Source of the DNA: a virus | Lineage: Duplodnaviria > Caudoviricetes | IMG/VR virus record: IMGVR_UViG_3300037044_000249 | Span: 1 to 33,868 of that record | DNA length: 33,868 bases | Strand: one strand, 5' to 3' | Part shown: piece by piece, positions 7,233-16,120 of the stretch | Layout of the letters: each line of letters opens with the position of its first letter | Numbering within the stretch: the first letter of the stretch is position 1 | The notes under the pieces: model-generated | The model's input: the letters and a program-made list of their open reading frames with translations, nothing else | Databases searched by the model: none | What the model was told of the DNA's origin: nothing | Position numbers and translations under genes: made by a program

Positions 7233-10200
7233 CTACCGCCCGCCCTGCTGCGCCAATTCGCCCGTGCCGGGCAGGAAGGGATAACCGCCGAAATTGATCA
7301 GGTTGGCGAATTTGTCGACGCAGGTGGTGGCGGCCCGGTCGCAGCCGGCGACCAGGTCAAGCGCATCGCCCGGTGCGACGTCGTAGGGCAGCGGCAGGCC
7401 CAGCGAGACATCACGGGTGGCGCCCAGATAGGCGCCGACCTCGATCGACAGGTCCTCGTTGGCGCCAGTCGTGAAGCGGGCGACGCCGCCCGAATACCAG
7501 CCATCGGTCGAATTGGCCCCCGCACTCACCGTGAACTGCCGGCGCGCATCAATCACCGTGACCACCGTGACCGCCTGGGTGAAGGGCGCCAAATCGACGG
7601 CGCATTTGGCATCGCCCAGGTCGTGCCTGCATGTGCGCGTGTACTGCCGCCCGACCTGGCGCGACAGGCGATTGAGGTCGTCGACCATTTCGGCGCGCCA
7701 GGTGCCGTCGTCGCTGGGCGTCAGCTTTTGCAGCAGGTAGCGCGTCTTGCCGATCTCGCCCACCACCGGGTTGCCATCGACCTCCGGCGCCCAGTCGACC
7801 GCGAAGGCCACGATCTCGGCATTGTCGTAGAGGCCGGCGCGGATATCGTCGTCGGTGATCAGGGCCGACGAGAGGAAGCCCAGTGCCTCGGCCGAGCCCG
7901 CCTCGGTGCCGTCCTCGGCGACTTGGGACGATGCCTGGACGCCGCCGGCAGCCTTGTAGACGCGGCCGTTGGCGACCAGGGATTTGTCGCGCAAGACGAA
8001 GTAGAAGCTGCGGCCGTCCTGCCGGTGGATCTCGACGCACCAGGCCAGCATCAGGCCGGACCTAGTCAAGTCGGTGCCGGTACCGAAGCGGGCGGCAGCG
8101 AAGGCCAGCGTCATCTGGGCATCGGGATATTCCGGGCCATACTCGCCCGTCGGGCTGAATGTGGCCGCGGATGGAAACTCGACATCCCACAACAGGGCAT
8201 AGACGAAGGCGCCGGCGCCGTTCACCTGGCAGACGTGGTTCAGGTAATCCATGAAGTCATAGAGTGACCGGCGAGGCCCGCTCTCCGCGCCCGTGTCGCC
8301 CCATTCCGGCGTGCCCACGCGCAGGCCGATGAAGACATCGGCCGTCGGGAAATAGTACTTGAAGCTGTCGAAGCCCAGGCGCGGGTCATAGAGGAAGGTC
8401 GCGTCGTAGGTCATGGCGAAGATGATGTCGAGGGCATTGGCCGTCGCCGGGTTCTTGGCCAGGGCCAGGTTGTAGCCAGCGTTCCAGCCGCCCGGGCGAG
8501 CCCGCTTGAACGGCCCCTCGCCGAAACACCCTACGTGCGGCGCCGCGATCGAAAGGATATAGTCGGGCCTGGGGAATTTTGCCCGGTAGCGGGTGACGAC
8601 CTCGACCAGCTCGGCATCGGTCCAGCAGACCCGATTGCCGTCCGCATCATCGGAGCAATGATGCTCCAGGTCATCGACCGCCGAGAACAGCTCGTAATCT
8701 ATATCGACCCCGTCAAGCCCCACATCGTCGCAGAACAGCTTGCAAGCATCCATCTCCTCGTCGGTGAGCAGGTGCCAGGACGGCCAGCCCACATAGTAGG
8801 CCTCAGGCAGGTAGGTATAGGGCTCCGCCCGGCTCTGCTGGATCGAGAGCAGGACCTTGAGCCTGGGGTTTCTGGCCTTCAGCGCCGCGACCAAGTCTTT
8901 AAGCACCCGCGCTGGGTAGTAGATCGGCACGCCGGTGGTCTCGTAAATGCTGGAGTCGAGATCCACATAGGTGCAGTTCGGGATCGCGAAGCCGATCATC
9001 AAAAGGTCAACGGTCGGCGGCAGCAGGTTGAACACCTTGAAATCGCTTGGCACCGGCGAGGGCCGGGTCGGCCTGTCGAAGAAGGTCTCCCAATAGATGC
9101 CGATCCGCTGGCCGTTGGGCGGCGGCAGGAAGGTGTCGCCGGTCAGGCCGCTCATGACGGTCGGGACGGCTTCCATGGCGATCGCGGCCGTTACATCGGG
9201 CATCTGCGTCGAGGCCGCTTCGAATTCCAGCATCAGGAAGACCTGGTGGCCGAAGCCGCCGCCGCGGGTCCAGGTGATCGGGACCGCCGTCCCGCCGGGC
9301 GCCGACCAGATCCAGCCCTGGACATAGTCGCCCGTCGCCTGGGCCTCCAGCGTCCAGGGCGCCGCCACGCTTTCGGTCGGTGTGACCTGCCAGTTCATTG
9401 TCAACATGGCGAGGCACAGGGACGAGCGCAGCGTGTTTTCCAGCACGCGGGTGCCGCCCGCTTGGCTCGAATAGAAGGCGGCGAACGCGCCCATCCGGCC
9501 GGAGACACCATCCAGCGCCACCATGTGCAGCAGCACCTGGCCGACGAAGCGGTCGAGCGCCGAGACGATCACCGGCTGGGTGCCCGCCGGCGGGTTGGCG
9601 ATGACCGCCAGGCGCACCTTGCCGACCTCCGGTTCCGTGAAGGCCGGGAAGTCGATGTAGCGGGCCGGGCGACCGCCAACGGTGATCTCGGGCGGCGGAT
9701 CGGAATGGGTGTAGGTCACGCCGATGACCAGCAGGTCGCAGCTCGGCACCGTCGCCTCGCCCTCGCCTTCGCTGGGCCCGCCGACGCCCGGCACGCTCTG
9801 GAAATCGCCCGGAACCTGGGTCTGGTCGATGCCGCCGATCACCAGCACCTCAGCCCCTTGCACGGTGATCGTCTCGGTGGCGCCGGCGGACGCTTGTACC
9901 TCGATTGCCACAGCGAAGAGGTTGGCGAAGGTCGAGGTCAAGGTCAGGGCCTGGTCGCTGCCGCCGCCCGCCGTATAGGCCAGGACACGGCCGTTGGCGC
10001 CAGCATCGGTCGCCTGCTCGGTCCAGCCCGCCGCGCTGATCGCATTGTCGGCCGCGAAGAAGCGATGCCCGGCGCCGATCAGCAGGGAGGCGGGCGAGGT
10101 ATCGACCAGCATGACACTGGTGGAACTGCCGGCATTGAAGGCCGCAGCGCGCACGCCCAGCCGACCAGAGGTGCCGGACAAGGCGAAGACCGCCACCTGG

Positions 10201-10505
10201 ACGGCACCGACATAGACCGAGGACGAATAGGCCAAGGCATTGGCGCCGGACGCCGGCCCGTCCAGGACATAGACCGCCACGGCGCCCGCGTCGATATTCG
10301 CAGCCCGCGGCGCCGCGATCGGCTGGACGGCAACGCCGCCATAGGTCACGGACGGGATCAGCGCGGGATCGGCGATGACATATTCGGCATAGGACCAGCC
10401 CAGCACCACCACCAACAGATCACCGCCAGCGGCGTCGAACGACAGGCTGTCCGCATTGGTCACGCCGAAGTGGCGGGCGGCGGCTGCCGAGAGGGTCACA
10501 CTCAT
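7233..10505 (-). CDS. Baseplate hub (DUF2163/BR0599-like C-terminus) fused to a GH18-like domain and two repeated N-terminal domains
   Basis: C-terminal CRHDLGDAKC and GCDR....C..KFANLINFGGYPFLPG motifs. The central region has KVLLSI, DGVDIDYE and MTYD. Confidence 0.85.
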   Translation of the reverse strand: MSVTLSAAAARHFGVTNADSLSFDAAGGDLLVVVLGWSYAEYVIADPALIPSVTYGGVAVQPIAAPRAANIDAGAVAVYVLDGPASGANALAYSSSVYVGAVQVAVFALSGTSGRLGVRAAAFNAGSSTSVMLVDTSPASLLIGAGHRFFAADNAISAAGWTEQATDAGANGRVLAYTAGGGSDQALTLTSTFANLFAVAIEVQASAGATETITVQGAEVLVIGGIDQTQVPGDFQSVPGVGGPSEGEGEATVPSCDLLVIGVTYTHSDPPPEITVGGRPARYIDFPAFTEPEVGKVRLAVIANPPAGTQPVIVSALDRFVGQVLLHMVALDGVSGRMGAFAAFYSSQAGGTRVLENTLRSSLCLAMLTMNWQVTPTESVAAPWTLEAQATGDYVQGWIWSAPGGTAVPITWTRGGGFGHQVFLMLEFEAASTQMPDVTAAIAMEAVPTVMSGLTGDTFLPPPNGQRIGIYWETFFDRPTRPSPVPSDFKVFNLLPPTVDLLMIGFAIPNCTYVDLDSSIYETTGVPIYYPARVLKDLVAALKARNPRLKVLLSIQQSRAEPYTYLPEAYYVGWPSWHLLTDEEMDACKLFCDDVGLDGVDIDYELFSAVDDLEHHCSDDADGNRVCWTDAELVEVVTRYRAKFPRPDYILSIAAPHVGCFGEGPFKRARPGGWNAGYNLALAKNPATANALDIIFAMTYDATFLYDPRLGFDSFKYYFPTADVFIGLRVGTPEWGDTGAESGPRRSLYDFMDYLNHVCQVNGAGAFVYALLWDVEFPSAATFSPTGEYGPEYPDAQMTLAFAAARFGTGTDLTRSGLMLAWCVEIHRQDGRSFYFVLRDKSLVANGRVYKAAGGVQASSQVAEDGTEAGSAEALGFLSSALITDDDIRAGLYDNAEIVAFAVDWAPEVDGNPVVGEIGKTRYLLQKLTPSDDGTWRAEMVDDLNRLSRQVGRQYTRTCRHDLGDAKCAVDLAPFTQAVTVVTVIDARRQFTVSAGANSTDGWYSGGVARFTTGANEDLSIEVGAYLGATRDVSLGLPLPYDVAPGDALDLVAGCDRAATTCVDKFANLINFGGYPFLPGTGELAQQGGR

Positions 10506-10894
10506 GACGCGGTCAGGCTCGCGGCGGTGATGGCCACCACATTGCCGACGGTCAAGGTGGTTTCCTCCATCTCGATATCGCCACCGTCGCCGATTTCAGA
10601 GACATCGCCGTCCAGGCTGCGGGTGCCGCCGGCATCGAACAAGCGGAACCAGGTGGCGGTGCCGGCATAGCGCACCGTGCCCTGCCATTCGCCGGCCAGC
10701 ACCGCCTCGCCCGCGTCGGCATCGCCGAAGGGCACCAGGGGCAGCGCCACCCGCACCAGGGGGTTGCCCACCGGTGCGGTGTTCGGCGTGACCGGCCGCG
10801 TGCCGGCATAGATCGCCAGGGTGCCGCCGAAGAACACCTCGGCAAAGTCGTCGATCACGCGATTGATCAGGCCGACGCCATGGGTGATGGCCAT
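10502..10894 (-). CDS. Hypothetical virion/tail protein
   Basis: 130 aa, beta-rich (GGTLAIYAGTRP, GTATWFRL, LDGDV), with overlapping start and stop on both sides. Confidence 0.75.
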   Translation of the reverse strand: MAITHGVGLINRVIDDFAEVFFGGTLAIYAGTRPVTPNTAPVGNPLVRVALPLVPFGDADAGEAVLAGEWQGTVRYAGTATWFRLFDAGGTRSLDGDVSEIGDGGDIEMEETTLTVGNVVAITAASLTAS

Positions 10895-11562
10895 TATTCA
10901 AGATCCTCCAGAACTTCCTCGGCGGCGATCTCGATCAGGTCGACTTGGATCGACGAGACTCGCTCATGGTCGAAATCCTGCATCAGCGCCCGCCAGCCCG
11001 AGGCGTCTGCGGCGACATCGAAGCGGACGGGCACATCGAACTGCCCGCCCCAGGTCAGGACCGTGCCGGGCGCCGGCGCCGCGTCGAACGAGATGCGCCC
11101 GGTCGCCTCCTGCAATTGCCAGCCAGTGATCACCTCGACGCCGTTCGCAGCGATACGGACCGTGCCCGCCAGCGGCTTTACGAGGCGGCGCTCGACGATG
11201 ATCTCTTCGATCGAATAGCGCTTGTAGAGATCGAAGACGGTGGTCGTGCCATCGCCGATACCAAGGCGCTGATCGCCAGGCTGGCCGGGATCGGCGCCGT
11301 TGCGGGCCGTGGTGTAATCCCCCCTATCCCGGAAGCGAAAATAGCGCCAAGGGCCCCGGCAGACGATATAGGCATTGCGCACGATGCCGACCGTGTCGGT
11401 CTCGCGCTTCACGACCAGGCTGAAACGGTGCCGCGGCCATGCCACGCGCAACACCCTCTGCTCACTCGAAGAGCTCTCGGCGATGTCCACCATGAAGGCC
11501 GGGCCCGAGCTGTTCTGTCCTGCGACTTTTTCCAACAGCCGGCGATCAAGCCCGATCATCAC
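10894..11562 (-). CDS. Distal tail protein (DUF2460/TIGR02217-like)
   Basis: FRFRD..DY, GIGDGTTTVF.L.K.Y, KPLAGTV, TGRISF..AP and FDVPVRF motifs, directly after the tape measure gene. Confidence 0.9.
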   Translation of the reverse strand: MMIGLDRRLLEKVAGQNSSGPAFMVDIAESSSSEQRVLRVAWPRHRFSLVVKRETDTVGIVRNAYIVCRGPWRYFRFRDRGDYTTARNGADPGQPGDQRLGIGDGTTTVFDLYKRYSIEEIIVERRLVKPLAGTVRIAANGVEVITGWQLQEATGRISFDAAPAPGTVLTWGGQFDVPVRFDVAADASGWRALMQDFDHERVSSIQVDLIEIAAEEVLEDLE

Positions 11563-13760
11563 GAGAACTTCCTGAACATGCCCGCGACCTGCGATGTCAT
11601 GGCACGACGATTTTCAAGAAACGATCGCGCATGGGGCGTGCTGATGTTGACGCTGATCTTCTGACCATCACGCCCGCCCGAAATCAGCGCGCGCGTCACA
11701 TCGGCGGGAATGATCGAGCCCGAGCGGTCGAAGCTGCGCAGCTCGGGGCCGCGCTCACCGACCAGATACATCCGGCCAGGATCGATCGGTCCGCCCTCCG
11801 CACGCGGACCGCCAAACGACAGCGATCCGCCGCTGCCCAGGCCGGACTTGGAGAGATCGCCCGAGGCGCCGCCGCCGAAAAAGCTGCCGGCGAAACTCCC
11901 CAGCATACCGATCCAGTTGCTCGACCCGCCACCCGCGCCGCCGCCGAAAGCCGACTGGAACAGCGGCTCGATCACCTGCATCTGGATCACGAGTTCGGCG
12001 AAGCGCTGGCTGATCCGCAGCAGCGCCTGGCCAATATTGTCCTCGGTCCCAGAGATCCATCCGACCAAGGCATTCGCCATATCCTTGCCGGCATCGGTGG
12101 CGGCATCAGCCATGCTTTGGAATGTATCGGTGCCCTGTTCCTGGAGCCGGTCGAAATCGGCCAGCATGGCCTCGACTTCCTCCGGCGTGCCCATGCCCTG
12201 GGCAACCAAGCTGCGGATCTCGGCGGATCGGTTCGCCTCCAGGCCCCGCGCCTGAGCAATGCCGGTCGACAGATCATTCAATCTATCCTGCGCCGCCTTC
12301 AGCTTCTCCTTGGCCTTGGTCTCGGCATCGATCTGCTCGACCAGCGCCTCGATCTCGGCCCGCTCGTCGGCCGTCAACGCCTTATTGCGCGCGCGCGCGG
12401 CAGCCTCGGCCCGATGCATCGCGTCGAGTTTTTCGCGGGCCAAGCCATCGGCGCCAAGCAGCGCCAATTCGTCCTCAAGGCTGCCGATATAGGCGCGGAC
12501 GCCATCGGCCGCCGCGCGCGCCGCCTGCGCCTCGCGCTCACGGCGCAGCGTGTTCTGGGTCGCCCCCAACCGCGCATCACTTCGGCCTGGCGGCCCAAGA
12601 CCACCTGTCTCGTCGGCATCGGCATATTGCTGCCCCAGCGTGAGCGCCGGCGCTGGGCGGGCGGCCGGGCCGAACATGAGTGGCGCAAGAACGTCTTGCG
12701 CCTGCTGCGCCTTCCGGCGTGCTGCCTCTAGCTGATCGGCCCATCGCGCGCGCTCCGACCGAAGCCATTCCGCAGCCTCAGTTCGGGAGTCGGTGGTCGC
12801 AAGCTGCTGATCGATGTCTGACAGCTTCGCGGTTAGACGCGTAACTTCCTGCGCCCAGCCGTTGAACTCGCCCACTGTGTCGAGATTACTCACTACCGCA
12901 GATAGGATCTGGAACCCGCGGATACCATTGGCAACCTGTTCGGTCACCCAGACCAGGATATTCCCGATACCGACCAGCGCCGGCGCCAACGTAACCAGCG
13001 CGCGGGTCATTTGGGTGTCGAGGATGCTGGCTAACGCATCGAATTTTTTAGCCGACTCATCGGCGCCGCGAACAACATCCTCGTTGATGACCACACCAAG
13101 GTCTCGTGCCTTCTGGCGCATTACGTCCAACCCGTCGGCGCCGTTCTTGAGCATCAGCACCATGCCGGGGCCGGCGGATTTGCCGAACAGATCCGCGCTG
13201 GCATTCAGCCGATCCTGATCGGTGGTCAACCTGGCAAGGCCATCGGAAACATCGGCCACCACCTGCTCGATCGAGCGCATCGACCCGTCGTTGTTCCGTA
13301 CAACGACACCAAGTCGGCCGAATAGATCGATGGCGGCCTTGTTGCCCTGCCCCGCATCCGACATGCGGATGCTAAGTCGTTCCAGCGCCGATGACAGTTC
13401 ATCGGTGCCAACCCCGGCGTCCATCGCCGCGAAACGCAGTTCCTGCATTCCCTCGATACTGACGCCGACCCGCTCCGAGGCGTCTACCAGATCACCCATC
13501 TCATTGGCAGCGCCGCGGATCGAATTGACCACGCCGGGCATGACGCGCCCGACTGTCTGCCACGTCGCGAAGGCAACGGCGCCGTAATGGCCGACCTTGG
13601 ACCAGATGCGCCGACTGGTGCGATCCATCTCCTCCAACTTGCGGCTGATGTCTCCGGTCGCCGCCGCCATCGCCTTTTCGGCACGGTCAAGCGCCGACGT
13701 GAAATCGGAGACGGGCGCGCTGATCTCGACCTTCAGATCGTCAATCGGCTGGTCAGCCAT
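11559..13760 (-). CDS. Tail tape measure protein
   Basis: 733 aa, Ala-rich and helical, with the C-terminal RAEGGP...YLVGERGPE motif. Confidence 0.92.
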   Translation of the reverse strand: MADQPIDDLKVEISAPVSDFTSALDRAEKAMAAATGDISRKLEEMDRTSRRIWSKVGHYGAVAFATWQTVGRVMPGVVNSIRGAANEMGDLVDASERVGVSIEGMQELRFAAMDAGVGTDELSSALERLSIRMSDAGQGNKAAIDLFGRLGVVVRNNDGSMRSIEQVVADVSDGLARLTTDQDRLNASADLFGKSAGPGMVLMLKNGADGLDVMRQKARDLGVVINEDVVRGADESAKKFDALASILDTQMTRALVTLAPALVGIGNILVWVTEQVANGIRGFQILSAVVSNLDTVGEFNGWAQEVTRLTAKLSDIDQQLATTDSRTEAAEWLRSERARWADQLEAARRKAQQAQDVLAPLMFGPAARPAPALTLGQQYADADETGGLGPPGRSDARLGATQNTLRREREAQAARAAADGVRAYIGSLEDELALLGADGLAREKLDAMHRAEAAARARNKALTADERAEIEALVEQIDAETKAKEKLKAAQDRLNDLSTGIAQARGLEANRSAEIRSLVAQGMGTPEEVEAMLADFDRLQEQGTDTFQSMADAATDAGKDMANALVGWISGTEDNIGQALLRISQRFAELVIQMQVIEPLFQSAFGGGAGGGSSNWIGMLGSFAGSFFGGGASGDLSKSGLGSGGSLSFGGPRAEGGPIDPGRMYLVGERGPELRSFDRSGSIIPADVTRALISGGRDGQKISVNISTPHARSFLENRRAMTSQVAGMFRKFS

Positions 13761-13807
13761 TGCGCGTCCCCTTGATTTCCGCCGCCCAAGTGGCGACATT
13801 GCCAGCC

Positions 13808-14011
13808 ATGATCGATGCAATAGCGAACATGGCTGGCCTGATGCTTTTGGTTGTGGCGTTCTTGGCGCCCAGCCTGATCGCCCAGCGCCGCCATGTGATG
13901 GGCCAAGGCGCCATCCTAGCCCTCAACCTCATGGTGGTTACCTGGCCCTGGGCGCTGGCCCTTGCCTTCAGCCCATTTACCGAAAACGACATCGATGATC
14001 AGCGGCGGTGA
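13808..14011 (+). CDS. Superinfection immunity protein (T4 Imm-like membrane protein)
   Basis: FLAPSLIAQRRH...AILALNL...TWPWALALA matches the Imm-family pattern. It is antisense, in the gap between the chaperone and tape measure genes. The start could be 13808 or 13829. Confidence 0.7.
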   Translation: MIDAIANMAGLMLLVVAFLAPSLIAQRRHVMGQGAILALNLMVVTWPWALALAFSPFTENDIDDQRR

Positions 14012-14235
14012 AGCCGTCGCAGTTCCTCAATTTCATCCTCGGACGGGGCATCGTCTTGGCGAACGCCGTTCGCCCGGGCATGGGCATCACAGGATGCGAA
14101 GAACTCTTGCGGCGTTGATTGCCAGAAGTCGGATGGGCGCCATCCCAGCACACCGCAGGCGACCCCAAGATGGGCTGCCCAGTCGATAACTATGTCGCCG
14201 ACGTCGTGTTGCCGACGCCGGCGACGCCGTTTCCC
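13999..14235 (-). CDS. Tail assembly chaperone gpGT C-terminal extension (-1 frame)
   Basis: LGWRPSDFWQSTPQEF is a typical chaperone motif. It has no start codon of its own after the slippery site and lies in the -1 frame of the upstream gene. Confidence 0.8.
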   Translation of the reverse strand, partial: GKRRRRRRQHDVGDIVIDWAAHLGVACGVLGWRPSDFWQSTPQEFFASCDAHARANGVRQDDAPSEDEIEELRRLHRR

Positions 14236-14546
14236 GCGTCGGCCGGTTGAATAGCGCCAGTCAGGAATTCGGCCATCGGCAAACACAATGACAGAATACC
14301 CTTGGCCAACAACCTGGCGCCGAGATCGGAAGGCACGACGTCGCCACCCGCGGCAGCCCCCGCTGCGACGATATCGGTCATCGCCTTGAGCCCAAGGCGG
14401 CGGCCAATCGCCTCCTGGGCCAGGACGATCAAGGATACCCCGGCGGCGGCCTCGATCGCCACCAGAGCCTCCCAAGTCGGACGGAGCGTGAGGACAAGCC
14501 CCCCGCCCACGTCCATGGCCATCTCGCCCCTGATCCTGTTCGCCAC
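14190..14546 (-). CDS. Tail assembly chaperone gpG (GTA-gp10-like)
   Basis: GTG start, AN..RGE and LTLRPTWEALVAIE motifs. Confidence 0.82.
   Translation of the reverse strand: MANRIRGEMAMDVGGGLVLTLRPTWEALVAIEAAAGVSLIVLAQEAIGRRLGLKAMTDIVAAGAAAGGDVVPSDLGARLLAKGILSLCLPMAEFLTGAIQPADAGNGVAGVGNTTSAT
14229..14235 (-). other. Programmed -1 frameshift slippery site G GGA AAC
   Basis: In-frame X XXY YYZ heptamer (GCG GGA AAC) near the end of gpG. Confidence 0.8.
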
Positions 14547-14548
14547 GA

Positions 14549-14905
14549 TCAGGACATCCGCGGCACGCGCACCGCGCGAACCGTGACGTTGGTCACCGCC
14601 GAATAACCAACGCCCACCCGGCCCTGGCCATCATTCCAGACGCGCGGCGGGAACGGGCCGAACGCATACTGGCTGTTGATCGCGATGAGCTGGGAAATTG
14701 CGGGCACGGTGGTGGGGCCGACGCCGGAAATATTGACCGAGCTTTCGGTCGGGTTGATGGACACGGTGCATGCGGTGGCACCGGTCTCGACGATCAGGAT
14801 CGTATTGCCGTCGTTGGGAAAACTGTCGCCGCCCGACGCCGCCGCGGCGACGGGAGCGATGGCCGTGCCGGCCTGGGCCAGTTCGGTTGGGGTCAAGGTA
14901 GCCAT
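14549..14905 (-). CDS. Hypothetical virion protein (possible tail decoration)
   Basis: 118 aa, beta-rich (GDSFPNDG, FGPFP...N...G.V), between the tail tube and chaperone genes. Confidence 0.7.
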   Translation of the reverse strand: MATLTPTELAQAGTAIAPVAAAASGGDSFPNDGNTILIVETGATACTVSINPTESSVNISGVGPTTVPAISQLIAINSQYAFGPFPPRVWNDGQGRVGVGYSAVTNVTVRAVRVPRMS

Positions 14906-14942
14906 TGGTGTAACCTTTCAGTTGATGGTCGCAAGGGGATGG

Positions 14943-15362
14943 TCAGGCGCCGGGCGGCAGGCGCTGCTGCGGGCCGTCGAACATGACGGTGCCCGAGAAG
15001 GTCTGCGCATCCTCGTAGGGACCGGTGCGCTCGTAACTCGACAGGTAGGCGAAACCGATGCGCGTCCAGCCATCGCCATAGCGGGTACGGAAGCGAGCGC
15101 GCTGCTTGGATTCGAAGATCGCTTCGAGACGGGCATGGCTTTCACCGATGGTGTGCAGCCCCGAGAACGTCATCTGGGTGTCGGTATAACCGGCACCGCC
15201 GAGATATTCCTTGTCCTCGCCGCTGTCCTTCGTGGTCACCTCGGGCGGGCTGTAGCTGCGCGTCAGCGAATGCTCGCGGCAACCGGCGATTTCCAGCCAG
15301 TTTCCCGTGCCGGACAGGTCGATATCGAGCAAGAACAACTTGCCCGGAAGTTTGGCGCCCAT
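14943..15362 (-). CDS. Major tail tube protein (TP901-1/GTA-like)
   Basis: G...LL.I, IAG.R..SL, EVTTKDS...EYL.GAG and TFSG motifs, with a GGAGG RBS. Confidence 0.85.
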   Translation of the reverse strand: MGAKLPGKLFLLDIDLSGTGNWLEIAGCREHSLTRSYSPPEVTTKDSGEDKEYLGGAGYTDTQMTFSGLHTIGESHARLEAIFESKQRARFRTRYGDGWTRIGFAYLSSYERTGPYEDAQTFSGTVMFDGPQQRLPPGA

Positions 15363-15377
15363 GAGGCCCTCCTATGG

Positions 15378-15803
15378 TCAGAGATAGGTCCAGGCGGTGA
15401 CGGTGATCCGTCCGCGCCCAAGGAAGCGCTCGCCGCCCGGCACCGCCTGGCGGTCCCGCGCGGTGCCGCTGATATGAAAGATCCGGCCCGACAAGGTCGG
15501 ATCGATGTCGAGGCCGGTGGCCACCCAGATCGACGAAAGCAGGTCGTCGACCGACGCCTCGATATCGCTGGCGCTGCCGTCGCCGGCCAACACCACCTCG
15601 ATCACCAGGTCGAAATCCACCCTGGTATCGGACTTACTGTCCGACGCCTCGCGTTCGTTATCGATCAGCACGCAACCGGCCGGGAATTCGCTTTCCTTGA
15701 GCGGGGCGACCCGCCCGAGAAAAACCCGCGATCCCAGATCGGTGGCGCCGGTCACGATCGCCGCCGCCACCGCGTCGCGGATCTCGACCGTGGCGGCACT
15801 CAT
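15378..15803 (-). CDS. Tail terminator/completion protein (gpU-like)
   Basis: IRDAV...GSRVFLGRVAPL...FPA motif and position upstream of the tail tube. Confidence 0.65.
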   Translation of the reverse strand: MSAATVEIRDAVAAAIVTGATDLGSRVFLGRVAPLKESEFPAGCVLIDNEREASDSKSDTRVDFDLVIEVVLAGDGSASDIEASVDDLLSSIWVATGLDIDPTLSGRIFHISGTARDRQAVPGGERFLGRGRITVTAWTYL

Positions 15804-16114
15804 GCCGTTACCCGCTTGAGGATCAGCCGGGTCATCCCCGTACCGTCCGGCTGGCGGTCGACCACCTCGAAGCGGATGGCGCGCGCCAGGATGATCGAGC
15901 CGTCCACCGCCATATCCAAGTCGCTATCGCGCCCCAGCACCACCGGCATCGTGGTCGATACCGGCAGTTCGCCGCTGGCATCGACCATTTCATGCGCCAT
16001 GTCGAAGATCGCGGCGACATCCAGGGCGATGCCGTCCGGGTCGATCCGCACCAGCGTGCCGAAATCATCGGCGCTGGTGAAGATCGCCCGGTCCGCGTCC
16101 GTCTCGACCGCCAC
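15800..16114 (-). CDS. Head-tail joining protein (gpFII-like)
   Basis: DFG...AIFD...FEVVDRQPDGTGMTRLIL and position after the capsid gene. Confidence 0.75.
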   Translation of the reverse strand: MAVETDADRAIFTSADDFGTLVRIDPDGIALDVAAIFDMAHEMVDASGELPVSTTMPVVLGRDSDLDMAVDGSIILARAIRFEVVDRQPDGTGMTRLILKRVTA

Positions 16115-16120
16115 GGCGGA

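Noticed and set aside
8535-10670. Long plus-strand ORFs (711 aa here; also 5414-6838, 14676-16520, 17501-19279, 29275-30909)
   Set aside because: They are antisense shadows of well-supported high-GC minus-strand genes and have no motifs or RBS.
14549-15362. Frameshift fusion of the tail tube with the downstream 118-aa protein
   Set aside because: An in-frame TGA at 14918-14920 precedes the downstream ATG, which has its own AAAGG RBS.
4151-15362. Gene transfer agent cluster
   Set aside because: The tail genes are GTA-like, but repressor, replication, cos packaging and lysis modules indicate a true temperate phage.
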